Shown piece after piece: positions 47,479 through 57,660 of a DNA stretch of 64,000 bases. Source of the stretch: Bacilli bacterium (lineage in GTDB: Bacteria > Bacillota_I > Bacilli_A > RF39 > UBA660); contig JAGBJG010000008.1 in assembly GCA_017934595.1 (NCBI GenBank), positions 65,687 to 129,686 of the forward strand, read 5' to 3'. Each line of letters starts with the position of its first letter. Positions within the stretch are counted from its first letter, which is position 1. The position numbers were made by a program, and so were the translations under genes. A model generated the notes under the pieces. It did not search any database and had not been told where the DNA came from. It was given only the letters and a program-made list of their open reading frames with translations.

Positions 47479-48332
47479 AAAACGCAATAGAAATTAAAAA
47501 TTTAAAGAAAATTTATCCAGATTTTAGTTTAAGTATAGATGAACTAAAAATACCATCAGGAGTAGTAATTGGATTAATTGGTGAAAATGGTGCAGGTAAA
47601 ACTACTTTTATAAAATCAATATTAAATATTATAAAAAAAGATAGTGGGACAATAAAAATATTTAATAAGGATTTAGAAGAACAAGAATTAGATATTAAAA
47701 AAGATATTGGTGTAGTATTAGATAATTCATTTATTCCAGATACTCTAAATCCAAAAGATATAAATTTTATAATGAAAGAAGTATATGATAATTGGGATAC
47801 TGAATTGTTCTATAAATATTTAAAAGAATTTAAAATAAAAGATAGTCAAATGTTAAAGACTATGTCTAAGGGGATGAAGAAAAAGGTAGAAATAGCTACT
47901 TCACTTTCACATCATCCTAAATTACTTATCTTAGATGAAGCAACAAGTGGATTAGATCCAATTGTTAGAAATGAAGTTTTAGATATATTCTTAGATTTTA
48001 TCCAAGATGAAGAACATACAGTAATATTATCAACACATATAACAAGCGATTTAGAACATATTGCAGATTATATTATATTTATAAACAACGGTGAAATAGT
48101 ATTAGAAAAAGAAAGAAATGAAATTTTAGATAACTATGGTATTTTAAAATGTGATATAGACGCATTTGATTCTATAGATAAAGAGGATATAGTTAGATAT
48201 AAAAAGACTAAATATAACTATGAAATATTAGTAGATGATAAAAACAAATGTAAGAAGAAATATAAAAAATACATAGTTGATAATATAACATTAGAAGACT
48301 TAATGTTATTAATTATTAAAGGAGGTAAGTAG
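47475..48332 (+). CDS. ABC transporter ATP-binding protein
   Basis: Walker A GENGAGKTT, signature MSKGMKKK-like, Walker B LLILDEATSGLD. Confidence 0.85.
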   Translation: MKNAIEIKNLKKIYPDFSLSIDELKIPSGVVIGLIGENGAGKTTFIKSILNIIKKDSGTIKIFNKDLEEQELDIKKDIGVVLDNSFIPDTLNPKDINFIMKEVYDNWDTELFYKYLKEFKIKDSQMLKTMSKGMKKKVEIATSLSHHPKLLILDEATSGLDPIVRNEVLDIFLDFIQDEEHTVILSTHITSDLEHIADYIIFINNGEIVLEKERNEILDNYGILKCDIDAFDSIDKEDIVRYKKTKYNYEILVDDKNKCKKKYKKYIVDNITLEDLMLLIIKGGK

Positions 48333-48333
48333 G

Positions 48334-48963
48334 ATGTTAGGCATGATTAAAAAAGATTTATGCATGGTAAAAAATACTAAATTTTTATTCTTAATGGCAT
48401 TAGTAATATGTGTAATATATTCATTTATGTTTGATATGGATATGTCATTCTTCTTACCATTTATGGGTGTAATAAGTATAGTATCAACATTTAGTTTTGA
48501 TGATTATAATAATTGGCATGCATATGCGGCTACATTACCACAAGGTAAGGTTAGTGTAGTTAAATCAAAATATATAGTTACAATTATTTTAACTACAATC
48601 TTAACATTAGTAAGTATATTATTAGGACTTGTAATTGGACTAATAAAAAATAATTATAATTTTGATATAGCAATTTCATCTATTATGGGTGAGTTAGTTG
48701 CGATAATATCAATAGCAGCAATATTATTCCCAGTAACATTTAAATATGGTTCAGAAAAAGGTAGAATGGTATTAATAATATTTGGATTAGGACTAGGTAT
48801 AGTTGGATTATTATTTAGTAAAGTAATAGATTTCAAATTACCTGTAGAATTAATTATATTTGTAACTAAATATAACGTACTATTATTTATAGGTTCAATA
48901 GTATTAATATTAACAATATCATATGTTATTTCAAAAAAAGTATATTTAAAAAGAGAATTTTAA
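48334..48963 (+). CDS. ABC-2 type membrane permease
   Basis: 6 TM; translationally coupled to the ATPase. Confidence 0.6.
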   Translation: MLGMIKKDLCMVKNTKFLFLMALVICVIYSFMFDMDMSFFLPFMGVISIVSTFSFDDYNNWHAYAATLPQGKVSVVKSKYIVTIILTTILTLVSILLGLVIGLIKNNYNFDIAISSIMGELVAIISIAAILFPVTFKYGSEKGRMVLIIFGLGLGIVGLLFSKVIDFKLPVELIIFVTKYNVLLFIGSIVLILTISYVISKKVYLKREF

Positions 48964-49024
48964 CTGATAAAAGGGTAGAAATACCCTTTTTATTTATGCT
49001 ATAATTAAGTTAGAAGGTGGTTTT

Positions 49025-50467
49025 ATGAAATATGATCTTATAGTAGTTGGTATGGGTCCCAGTGCAGTTTTTTTAGCCTATGAGCTTACAAAATTAAATT
49101 CTAAGAAAAAAGTACTTTTAATTGATCAAGGAAAGAATATTAAAAAAAGAATGTGTCCAATTGAAAAAACGGGTAAATGTATGAAATGTAAACCTTTCTG
49201 TAATATTACTTGTGGATTTTCAGGAGCAGGTGCATTTAGTGATGGAAAAATACTTTCTTATCACATGTCATCATTAGGTAACTCTAATGATATGTATTTA
49301 GGTGGTAATGGCGGTGGATATATTAAAGAATATATGAGCGAACAAGAAATAAAAGATTTACTTGTATATACTGATAATGTATATCTAGATTTTGGAGCTG
49401 ATACTCATTTAGAGGGATTAGAATATCAAGATGAAATAAAGAAATTACAAAAGAAAGCAGCAGAACAAGACTTAGGTTTAGTATCTTGTCCTATAAGACA
49501 TTTAGGAACTGAAAAGGCACATATCTTATATACTAAGATTCAAGATTACTTAGAAGAACATAATGTTGAAATGATGTATGAAACAGAAGTTAAAGATTTA
49601 ATAATTGAAGATGGTAAAATTAAGGGTGTAGTTATAAAACATAATAACTATAGCGAAACAGAAAATATATATGGTAGTGAAGTTGTTTTAGCTGTAGGTA
49701 GAAAAGGTGCATCTTGGTTAAGTAATATGTGTAAAGTACATGATATTGAAACTAAGATAGGTGCGGTTGATATAGGTATTCGTTATGAATTACCAGATGA
49801 AGTAATGAAAGATATAAATAAATATATGTATGAAGGCAAATTCATAGGTAGATTAAAACCATATGAAGATAAAGTTAGAACATTCTGTCAAAATCCAAGT
49901 GGATTTGTATCATCAGAAGTTTATGATAATGGATTAATATTAGTTAATGGACATTCATATAAAGATAAGAAGAGTACGAATACTAATTTAGCTATATTAG
50001 TAACACATCACTTTACAACACCGTTTGATAGACCAATTGAGTTTGGTGAAAATGTAGCAAGAAACTTAAATGCTTTAGCAGCTGGACATGTCATGGTACA
50101 AAGATTAGGCGATATCAAAAGAGGTGGTAGATCATACCAAAGTTCACTTGATAATAATTCAGTTGTACCAACTTTAAAAGACGCTGTAGCTGGAGATTTA
50201 ACTTATAGTTTAGGTTATAGAACTATGACTGATATTATAAACTTTATATACGCTATAGATAAAGTTGCGCCTGGTTTTGCTAATGATGATAATTTATTAT
50301 ATGGACCAGAAATTAAATTCTATAGTAATGAAGTTGTATTAAACGAAAGATTTGAAACTAGTATTAAGGGATTATACTCTATAGGTGATGGTGGAGGACT
50401 TACAACAGGTCTTATGATGGCATCAGCTTCTGGAGTACAAATGGCTCGTATATTAGAAAAGAAATAA
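49025..50467 (+). CDS. FAD-dependent oxidoreductase (COG2509-like)
   Basis: N-terminal Rossmann DLIVVGMGPSAVFLAYEL; C-terminal GDGGG. Confidence 0.7.
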   Translation: MKYDLIVVGMGPSAVFLAYELTKLNSKKKVLLIDQGKNIKKRMCPIEKTGKCMKCKPFCNITCGFSGAGAFSDGKILSYHMSSLGNSNDMYLGGNGGGYIKEYMSEQEIKDLLVYTDNVYLDFGADTHLEGLEYQDEIKKLQKKAAEQDLGLVSCPIRHLGTEKAHILYTKIQDYLEEHNVEMMYETEVKDLIIEDGKIKGVVIKHNNYSETENIYGSEVVLAVGRKGASWLSNMCKVHDIETKIGAVDIGIRYELPDEVMKDINKYMYEGKFIGRLKPYEDKVRTFCQNPSGFVSSEVYDNGLILVNGHSYKDKKSTNTNLAILVTHHFTTPFDRPIEFGENVARNLNALAAGHVMVQRLGDIKRGGRSYQSSLDNNSVVPTLKDAVAGDLTYSLGYRTMTDIINFIYAIDKVAPGFANDDNLLYGPEIKFYSNEVVLNERFETSIKGLYSIGDGGGLTTGLMMASASGVQMARILEKK

Positions 50468-50522
50468 TTATTGATATATTTGGTTAAATATGTTAGTATA
50501 TAAATCAATTTAGGAGGGTTTT

Positions 50523-51161
50523 ATGAACAAAGAGATAATTAGAGCAAACGGTATAATTGCTGTTGAAACATCTGATGGTCAAAAAGAAGTTTGTGAAGAA
50601 ACTAATGATTTAATGGAAACATTATCTATCGATAATAACATTGAATATTTAAAAGGAAGAATAGATTATTCGGAAAACGAAATAGCAAAACTAAACGGAA
50701 AACGTAGTAATTATGATATTTCATTAAAAATTGAAAGATGGGGTAAATGGCCTATAGGGATTGCATCATTGCTTGCATCAATATGCCTTGTATTCGCGCC
50801 TGCCATAACACTTGAAGGTTATATCTTCGCGGTTTGTTTCCCAATAACTACAGTTGGAATATTAGAAATTTGTAAATTAATGATTAAACATAAAGATGAA
50901 AAAGCTGCTGATATGATAGCTCGTCATGAAGTTGTTATTAAATTTATAGAAGCTGATTTGGAAAAAGAATGCGAAAGAAAAAAATCAGAAGTAGTATATA
51001 AAGAAGAACCTGCTTTTGTGGTAGAAAAAGTAGATACTAAAGAACTTAATGCATATATGGAAAGATATGCTGATTTATATAAATTGTATGATTCCATTGA
51101 AACAGTTGAAGCAGAAGAAGTAGGTAAAGCTAAAACATTTGGCTCAATAAGAAGAAAGTAG
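50523..51161 (+). CDS. hypothetical protein with two TM segments
   Basis: RBS AGGAGGG. Confidence 0.45.
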   Translation: MNKEIIRANGIIAVETSDGQKEVCEETNDLMETLSIDNNIEYLKGRIDYSENEIAKLNGKRSNYDISLKIERWGKWPIGIASLLASICLVFAPAITLEGYIFAVCFPITTVGILEICKLMIKHKDEKAADMIARHEVVIKFIEADLEKECERKKSEVVYKEEPAFVVEKVDTKELNAYMERYADLYKLYDSIETVEAEEVGKAKTFGSIRRK

Positions 51162-51205
51162 TTTATTAAAACTACTTTTTGTTATATAATTAAAGTGGTG
51201 ATACT

Positions 51206-52246
51206 ATGACAATTTTAGATTATGTCAAAAAATATAATTATACTTTTGAAGAAAAAGAATTTAATGAAGTAGATAATTTAATATTGGCTACTATAATTTA
51301 TGCTGATATGAATAAGCTAATAGGAAAAAATGAAAAGATAACATTAGGGGAATTATCAGATAGATTTTTTGAAAATTACAAAAAAGATAAAGTTATAATG
51401 GCTGTTAAAGAATCTATTAAGTTACTTAAAATTGTAAAAGATAGTATAAGATTTAAAGATATATTGGTATATAACTATGTATATAAAAGTGATGATTATT
51501 CACAGTTTTCTGCAGTAACATTTGAATTTGGTAATACGCTTTATATAGCGTATGAAGGTACTGATGAATTAGTAAGTGGTTGGGAAGAAGATTTTGATAT
51601 GGCTTATACATTTCCAGTAAAAGCCCAAAAGGAAGCAATTAAATATTTAAATAAATATACATTTACTAGCAAGAATATAATCTTAGGGGGACATTCTAAG
51701 GGTGGTAATTTAGCTTTAGTAGCTGGTATGTTATCAAATATATTTCTAAGAAGTAGAATTACTAAAATATATAGTAATGATGGACAAGGGCTTAGAAAGA
51801 CAGAATTACATTCAGTTAAATATAAAAGAATTAGAAAAAAATATATTCATCTAATTCCTCAAAATTCTATTGTAGGATTATTATTTAGACACGAAAATGA
51901 TATCGTTGTTAAAGCTAATGCACTTACATTATTTTCACATATTCCATCTACATGGAAAGTAGTAGATGATCATTTTGAAAGAACTGAATTAGTTAAATCA
52001 AGTATTATATTTGATAAAGGTTTATCTATGTGGTTAGATAAATATGGATATGAAGATAGAAAGAAATTTATAAAAGAATCATTCAATGTATTTAGAGAAA
52101 ATGGTATAACATCTATAATACAAATTAGAAAAGATTTTTCACATGTTGTTAATATAATTAAAAGTTCATCTAAAGTATCAGATGAAGTTAAAGAAATGTT
52201 TAGTGAATTAATTAATATTATTAATCAAGTAAGAAAAGAAAAATAG
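51206..52246 (+). CDS. lipase-like alpha/beta hydrolase (DUF2974/Mbeg1-like)
   Basis: GGHSKGGNLA nucleophile elbow. Confidence 0.55.
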   Translation: MTILDYVKKYNYTFEEKEFNEVDNLILATIIYADMNKLIGKNEKITLGELSDRFFENYKKDKVIMAVKESIKLLKIVKDSIRFKDILVYNYVYKSDDYSQFSAVTFEFGNTLYIAYEGTDELVSGWEEDFDMAYTFPVKAQKEAIKYLNKYTFTSKNIILGGHSKGGNLALVAGMLSNIFLRSRITKIYSNDGQGLRKTELHSVKYKRIRKKYIHLIPQNSIVGLLFRHENDIVVKANALTLFSHIPSTWKVVDDHFERTELVKSSIIFDKGLSMWLDKYGYEDRKKFIKESFNVFRENGITSIIQIRKDFSHVVNIIKSSSKVSDEVKEMFSELINIINQVRKEK

Positions 52247-52372
52247 TACAAAAAGTACTATTTTTTTGATAAAATATAGTAAATGCAACCAAAAATATAC
52301 AAAATGAAACTCAAAATTGGTAGTGTGCAACCAGGTGCGTATCATATAATTTTATGTAGAAAGGAGAAATTT

Positions 52373-53701
52373 ATGAATTTCAAAGATAATTTAAAAAAGA
52401 TAAGAAAGGATAATAACTTATCACAAGAAGAACTTGCAGAAAAACTTAATGTGACACGTCAAAGTGTATCAAAATGGGAAAGTGGAATAGCCTATCCAGA
52501 AATGGATAAAGTAATCCAAATATGTAAGATGTTTAATTTAAACATTGATGATTTACTTAATAAAGATATAACTGAGGTAAAGGAAACTAAAGAAAGTAAA
52601 AATACTGTTAATAAGTATGTTGAAGATTTCTTATGTTATATAACTAAAGTAACTAAATTATTTAGTAGTCTAAAATTCAAAGGAAAAGTTAAGTGTATAT
52701 TTGAACAATTAATATTAATATTTGTATTATTTATACTAGTTATGATAATTGGAGGTATAGGTTCATATATCTTAGATACAATATTATCATTTATACCTAG
52801 ATTTACATATAATATTATATATAATATATTTGAAGGTATATATATAGTAGTTTCTTTAATATTTGGTTTATTATTACTAAGTCATATATTTAAAGTTAGA
52901 TATTTAGATTACTATGAAATAGTAGAAGAAGTAGAAGAAAAAGAAGAAGTAAAAACTGATAAACCTGTTTTAGAATCTAAATCTGAAAAAATCATTATAA
53001 GAGATGAAAATCATAGTGGATATAGTTTTATTAAAGGAATAGGTAAATGTATTTTATTTATGATTAAATTCTTTGTATTATGTATTATATTTGGATTAGC
53101 TATGGCATTAATTGGTTTAACAATGGCAACTGTAATATCATTCATGTTTATAAAGACTGGATTAATGTTTATAGGTGTATTATTAATTTTATTATCTTGT
53201 ATAATTATTACTATTATATTTATACATTTATTCTTTAATTTTGTATTTAATAAAAAGATCAACTTTAAGAGAATATTTATTGTTATGATTATATCTTTAT
53301 TAGGTATAGGTATAGGTAGTGGATTATCATTTATCGCGATTAAAGATTTTACTATTGAAAATGAGCATATATCTAAAAATGTTACTGTTGATATGAAAAA
53401 TGATTTATATATAGGTGATAGATATACAAGTATTAAATATATTGAAAAAGATATTTCAAATGTTGAAGTAGTAGTTAATTATAGTAAATATATGGATATG
53501 GACATTGTTACTGACGATAAAGCTATCTTCTTTATTGGTGGATATGAAGAATCTTTTATTAATATGTTAAAGAATAATATTGATGATATTAATAATAAGA
53601 AGATTACTTATTATGATGGTTTTGATGTAGAAGTATATGCATCTAAAGATAACATATCTAAATTAAAAACTAATTCATATAATAGAAGACATCATAATTG
53701 A
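52373..53701 (+). CDS. XRE-family HTH regulator fused to a polytopic membrane domain
   Basis: LSQEELAEKLNVTRQSVSKWE; RBS AAAGGAG before the ATG at 52373. Confidence 0.65.
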   Translation: MNFKDNLKKIRKDNNLSQEELAEKLNVTRQSVSKWESGIAYPEMDKVIQICKMFNLNIDDLLNKDITEVKETKESKNTVNKYVEDFLCYITKVTKLFSSLKFKGKVKCIFEQLILIFVLFILVMIIGGIGSYILDTILSFIPRFTYNIIYNIFEGIYIVVSLIFGLLLLSHIFKVRYLDYYEIVEEVEEKEEVKTDKPVLESKSEKIIIRDENHSGYSFIKGIGKCILFMIKFFVLCIIFGLAMALIGLTMATVISFMFIKTGLMFIGVLLILLSCIIITIIFIHLFFNFVFNKKINFKRIFIVMIISLLGIGIGSGLSFIAIKDFTIENEHISKNVTVDMKNDLYIGDRYTSIKYIEKDISNVEVVVNYSKYMDMDIVTDDKAIFFIGGYEESFINMLKNNIDDINNKKITYYDGFDVEVYASKDNISKLKTNSYNRRHHN

Positions 53702-53764
53702 TGTCTTTTCTCTTGAATAAAAATTTAATTAAATATATAATAGATATATAGATAGGAGTGTAGT

Positions 53765-54442
53765 ATGAAAAAGTTTTTGGTATTAGTTTTAAGTATATTA
53801 CTTATCTTACCATTAGCTGGATGCAGTAAATCTGATGCGAGTAGATTTAAAGAAGAATATGAATCTTTAAATGGTGAAGTTATAAATGGAAAAGAAATAA
53901 GAACTTTAAATATATCTAAGAAAAACCCATTTGTATATAAAGAAGCAAAGGATATTGTATCAATGATTAAAGCTGGTGATACATTTGTAGTATACTTTGG
54001 ATTCGCGAGATGTCCATGGTGTAGAAGTATATTACCTAATTTAATAAAAGCAGCTGATGAATTAGATATTGATAAAATATATTATGTTGATGTACTTGAT
54101 ATAAGAGATACTATGGATATTGATGATAAAGGTAATCCATATAAGAAGAAAGACGCGGATAAATCTTATTATGAATTATTAAATCTATTGGATGGTGTAT
54201 TAGAAGATTATACATTAACTAAGAATAATAAAAAAATTGCTACAGGTGAAAAAAGAATATATGCACCTAATATAGTAGTGGTTAAAGATGGTGAAGTTAT
54301 TAATATGACCACAGGAGTAAGTGAATTACAAACTGATGGCTATATGGAATTAACTGATGAGATGAATAATGAAAGTTATAATAAAATAAAAAATAATTTA
54401 AATGAATTAAATGGTACAGTATGTACAAAGGAAGGATGTTAG
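53765..54442 (+). CDS. thioredoxin-fold lipoprotein (CPWC)
   Basis: Lipobox LAGC; CxxC ARCPWCRS. Confidence 0.55.
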   Translation: MKKFLVLVLSILLILPLAGCSKSDASRFKEEYESLNGEVINGKEIRTLNISKKNPFVYKEAKDIVSMIKAGDTFVVYFGFARCPWCRSILPNLIKAADELDIDKIYYVDVLDIRDTMDIDDKGNPYKKKDADKSYYELLNLLDGVLEDYTLTKNNKKIATGEKRIYAPNIVVVKDGEVINMTTGVSELQTDGYMELTDEMNNESYNKIKNNLNELNGTVCTKEGC

Positions 54443-54445
54443 GTT

Positions 54446-55120
54446 ATGAAGACAAGTAATGTTATGTGGGGTTTTGTATTTATTTTAGTAGGATGTATTT
54501 TAGGAGTTAATGCATTAGGAATCGCACATATAAATATTTTCTTTGATGGATGGTGGACATTATTTATAATTGTTCCAGCATTCATAAATATTTTTAAAGA
54601 TGATGATAAAGAAGCAGCATTCGTATGGTTAATGGTTGGTGTAATCTTATTATTAGCTTGCAATGATTATATATCATTTGATCTAGTATGGAAATTAGCT
54701 TTACCAGCTATCCTAGTATTAATTGGTATATCTATTATGTTTAAAGATAGAGTAGAAAAAGAAGTTAGAGTTAAAATAAAAGAAAGTAGAAAAGATGCTG
54801 ATAGAAAAACTATCTGTGCAACTTTCCAAGAAAAAATAGAAAAAGCTGACAAAAAAGCAGAAGAAGTATCATTAGAAACTATATTTGCTAGTATGAAATA
54901 TGATATGAGAGATGTTGAAGTTAAAAAAGATATGGTTATTAAAACATCTACAGTATTCGGTAGTACAAAAATAATTGCTCCAAAAGGTGTTGCTGTTAAA
55001 GTAAGTGCATCTGGAATTTTTAAAGATACAATCAATAAAGTAAAAGGTAAAGATGCAAAATATACAATATATGTTGATGCTTCAACAGTATTTGGGAGCG
55101 TGATTGTAAGTGACAAGTAG
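54446..55120 (+). CDS. LiaF-like membrane protein (DUF2154-like C-terminal domain)
   Basis: 4 TM N-terminus; C-terminal beta-rich VFGSTKIIAP.. pattern repeated. Confidence 0.5.
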   Translation: MKTSNVMWGFVFILVGCILGVNALGIAHINIFFDGWWTLFIIVPAFINIFKDDDKEAAFVWLMVGVILLLACNDYISFDLVWKLALPAILVLIGISIMFKDRVEKEVRVKIKESRKDADRKTICATFQEKIEKADKKAEEVSLETIFASMKYDMRDVEVKKDMVIKTSTVFGSTKIIAPKGVAVKVSASGIFKDTINKVKGKDAKYTIYVDASTVFGSVIVSDK

Positions 55121-55895
55121 TCAAAAAGTAATTAAAGGTTTAGCTATTGCTTTAGCAGTATTCATAATAATTGGATTTGTTAATTTAATTTTCTTTATAC
55201 TTGGTGGATTTAATTATATATTTGTAGGTAAAGATGATGTTACATATAGTACACATAATATTTACGATGTAGCTAATTTAAATATCAAAGTATCATATTC
55301 AAAAATAAATATTATTGATAGTGATGAATTTAAAATAGAATTAAATAGTTTATGTGAATATAGTATTTCTAATAATACATTAACTATAAAAGATATTAAG
55401 AAATTCAGAGTAAACCCAGGAGCAGATATATATCTAAATTTATACATTCCAGTAGGAAAAGTATTTGATGATGTATATATAGATGCAGGTGCTGGGAATG
55501 TTAAGATTGATACAATTAAAGCTAATACATTAGATTTTGATATGGGTGCCGGAAAAGTATCTATTAATAATCTTGAAGTATATAGTCATGCTAAACTAGA
55601 TGGTGGAGCCGGTAACTTTAATATTGAAAATGGTATTTTATCTAATGTTGACTTTGATATGGGAGTAGGTAATGTAGATATTAAAGCTTCATTAACAGGT
55701 AATAATAAAATCGATATGGGTATGGGTAATCTATCAATTGATTTAATAGATAGTGTTAATAATTATAGATTTGATATTGAAAAAGGTATTGGTTCTGTTA
55801 GTATTGATGGTGAAGGTAAAAGTAATGGTGTTTATGGAAATGGTGCTACATTCATTGAAATAGATGGCGGAATAGGTAGTATTAATATACACTAG
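55110..55895 (+). CDS. DUF4097/LiaG-like putative adhesin (beta-helical repeats)
   Basis: Repeated D.GAGNV.I motifs; GTG start overlapping the upstream stop. Confidence 0.55.
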   Translation: MTSSQKVIKGLAIALAVFIIIGFVNLIFFILGGFNYIFVGKDDVTYSTHNIYDVANLNIKVSYSKINIIDSDEFKIELNSLCEYSISNNTLTIKDIKKFRVNPGADIYLNLYIPVGKVFDDVYIDAGAGNVKIDTIKANTLDFDMGAGKVSINNLEVYSHAKLDGGAGNFNIENGILSNVDFDMGVGNVDIKASLTGNNKIDMGMGNLSIDLIDSVNNYRFDIEKGIGSVSIDGEGKSNGVYGNGATFIEIDGGIGSINIH

Positions 55896-55903
55896 GAGGA
55901 CAT

Positions 55904-56425
55904 ATGGATTTAAAAGAGTTAAGAAAAAACGAATTAGTTAATAATATAATTTTATTAGTTGTAGGTATTATTCTTACAATTTGGCCTGATGAAACATTAG
56001 ATTTAGCTGTTAATTTAGTTGGATCAGTTGTTGTAATATTTGGTATTATTAATTTAGTAATGTTCTTTAAAAGTAATAATGATTATCTAACATTATTTAT
56101 AGGTATATTAGCTTTAGTAGCTGGTATATGTATTATTGTTAAGTCAGCTACAATTATATCTATAATTCATATATTACTTGGTATAGCAGTATTAGCTGAT
56201 GGTATTACTAATATTAAGACATTATTAGATATTAAAAATGATTCTAAGAAATGGAAAGTATTATTTATATCAGCTATTATAACTACTGTATTTGGATTAC
56301 TTCTAATATTTAGACCATTATTTATTGCAGATATGATAATAAGAATTGGTGGTATAATAATTATTATAGCTGCTTTAGAAGGAATGTTAATTACACATGA
56401 TATTAAAAAGCTAATAGAGAAATAA
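55904..56425 (+). CDS. DUF308/HdeD-like small membrane protein
   Basis: 5-6 TM; RBS AGGAGG. Confidence 0.45.
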   Translation: MDLKELRKNELVNNIILLVVGIILTIWPDETLDLAVNLVGSVVVIFGIINLVMFFKSNNDYLTLFIGILALVAGICIIVKSATIISIIHILLGIAVLADGITNIKTLLDIKNDSKKWKVLFISAIITTVFGLLLIFRPLFIADMIIRIGGIIIIIAALEGMLITHDIKKLIEK

Positions 56426-56591
56426 TATTTCTCTTTTTTTATTTTTATGATACAATTATATTGTATTAATTACTTGCCAAGAGTTAATACCTTAAAATTT
56501 GTGACGATAATTTATATTTTTGGGCAAGAAAAATATATCTATTCGAGGTACCTTTATAGGTGCCTCTTTTTAAATATGAAAGGAGTAATAT

Positions 56592-57587
56592 ATGTTAGAA
56601 AGTGATTTTAAAAAGGTTATAGGCGATATAAAAAAGCAAATAGAAAATACTAGATTAGAGATTTTCCAAAATGCTAATAAAAGTTTATTGAATTTATATT
56701 TTTATATTGGTAAGTCACTTGTTGAAAATTCTAAATATGGTAATAATTTTATTAATAATATGTCTATTGAACTTAAAATTTCATATCCTAATATGAAGGG
56801 TTTTTCAGTTAGAAACTTGAAAAATATGCGAAAATACTATTTGATATGTTCACAAAATGAAAAAGTGCAGAAAGCTTCTGCACAAATTCCTTGGTCACAT
56901 AATATTCTTATTTTCGATAAGATAAAATCTGATGATGAGAGAATATGGTATATAAATCAAACTTTTTTGAATGGTTGGGGATATTATCGATTGCAAGATG
57001 AAATTCAACTTGATACATATTCTAGACAAAATGCAAATTTAAAATTACATAATTTTTCTAAAGTACTTCCAGATATTCATGGTGATATGGCAAGGGAAAT
57101 AATGAAAGATCCATACATATTTGATATATCAACATTGAAAGAAAATTACCTTGAGAAAGATTTGGAAAATGCGATGGTTGAGCAAATAAAGAATACCTTA
57201 CTTGAATTGGGTAGTGGATTTAGTTTTGTTGGCAATCAATATAAAATTATGGTTGGCAATGAGGAATATTTTATTGATTTATTATTTTATCATATTAAAT
57301 TACATTGTTACGTAGTAATTGAATTAAAAAATACAAAATTCAAACCTGAGTATGCTGGTAAAATGAATTTTTATTTAACTGCAGTAGATGAAATAGTAAA
57401 AAGTGATTCAGATAATCCTTCAATAGGGTTAATATTATGCAAAGAAAAAAATAAATTTACAGTTGAATATGCACTTAAAAATCTTAATAAACCTATTGGT
57501 GTTAGTACATATGAGTTAACTAAGTATTTACCAACAGAGGAAGATTTGAATTTGCATATTAATATTGAATCTAAAGTTTTAAATTAA
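56592..57587 (+). CDS. DUF1016/YhcG-family PDDEXK nuclease
   Basis: N-terminal YhcG-like region; C-terminal D...ELK PDDEXK-like motif (IDLLFYH...VVIELK). Confidence 0.6.
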   Translation: MLESDFKKVIGDIKKQIENTRLEIFQNANKSLLNLYFYIGKSLVENSKYGNNFINNMSIELKISYPNMKGFSVRNLKNMRKYYLICSQNEKVQKASAQIPWSHNILIFDKIKSDDERIWYINQTFLNGWGYYRLQDEIQLDTYSRQNANLKLHNFSKVLPDIHGDMAREIMKDPYIFDISTLKENYLEKDLENAMVEQIKNTLLELGSGFSFVGNQYKIMVGNEEYFIDLLFYHIKLHCYVVIELKNTKFKPEYAGKMNFYLTAVDEIVKSDSDNPSIGLILCKEKNKFTVEYALKNLNKPIGVSTYELTKYLPTEEDLNLHINIESKVLN

Positions 57588-57660
57588 TGCATTATATATA
57601 GATTATAATCTTAAATTTTGCTATAATTAGTATGTTACAAAGTGTAGGAAAGGACAATTT

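Noticed and set aside
56535-56575. Hairpin plus T-run immediately upstream of the DUF1016 gene RBS, as a possible attenuator
   Set aside because: It is most simply the terminator of the upstream DUF308 gene's transcript. There is no evidence for alternative structures.
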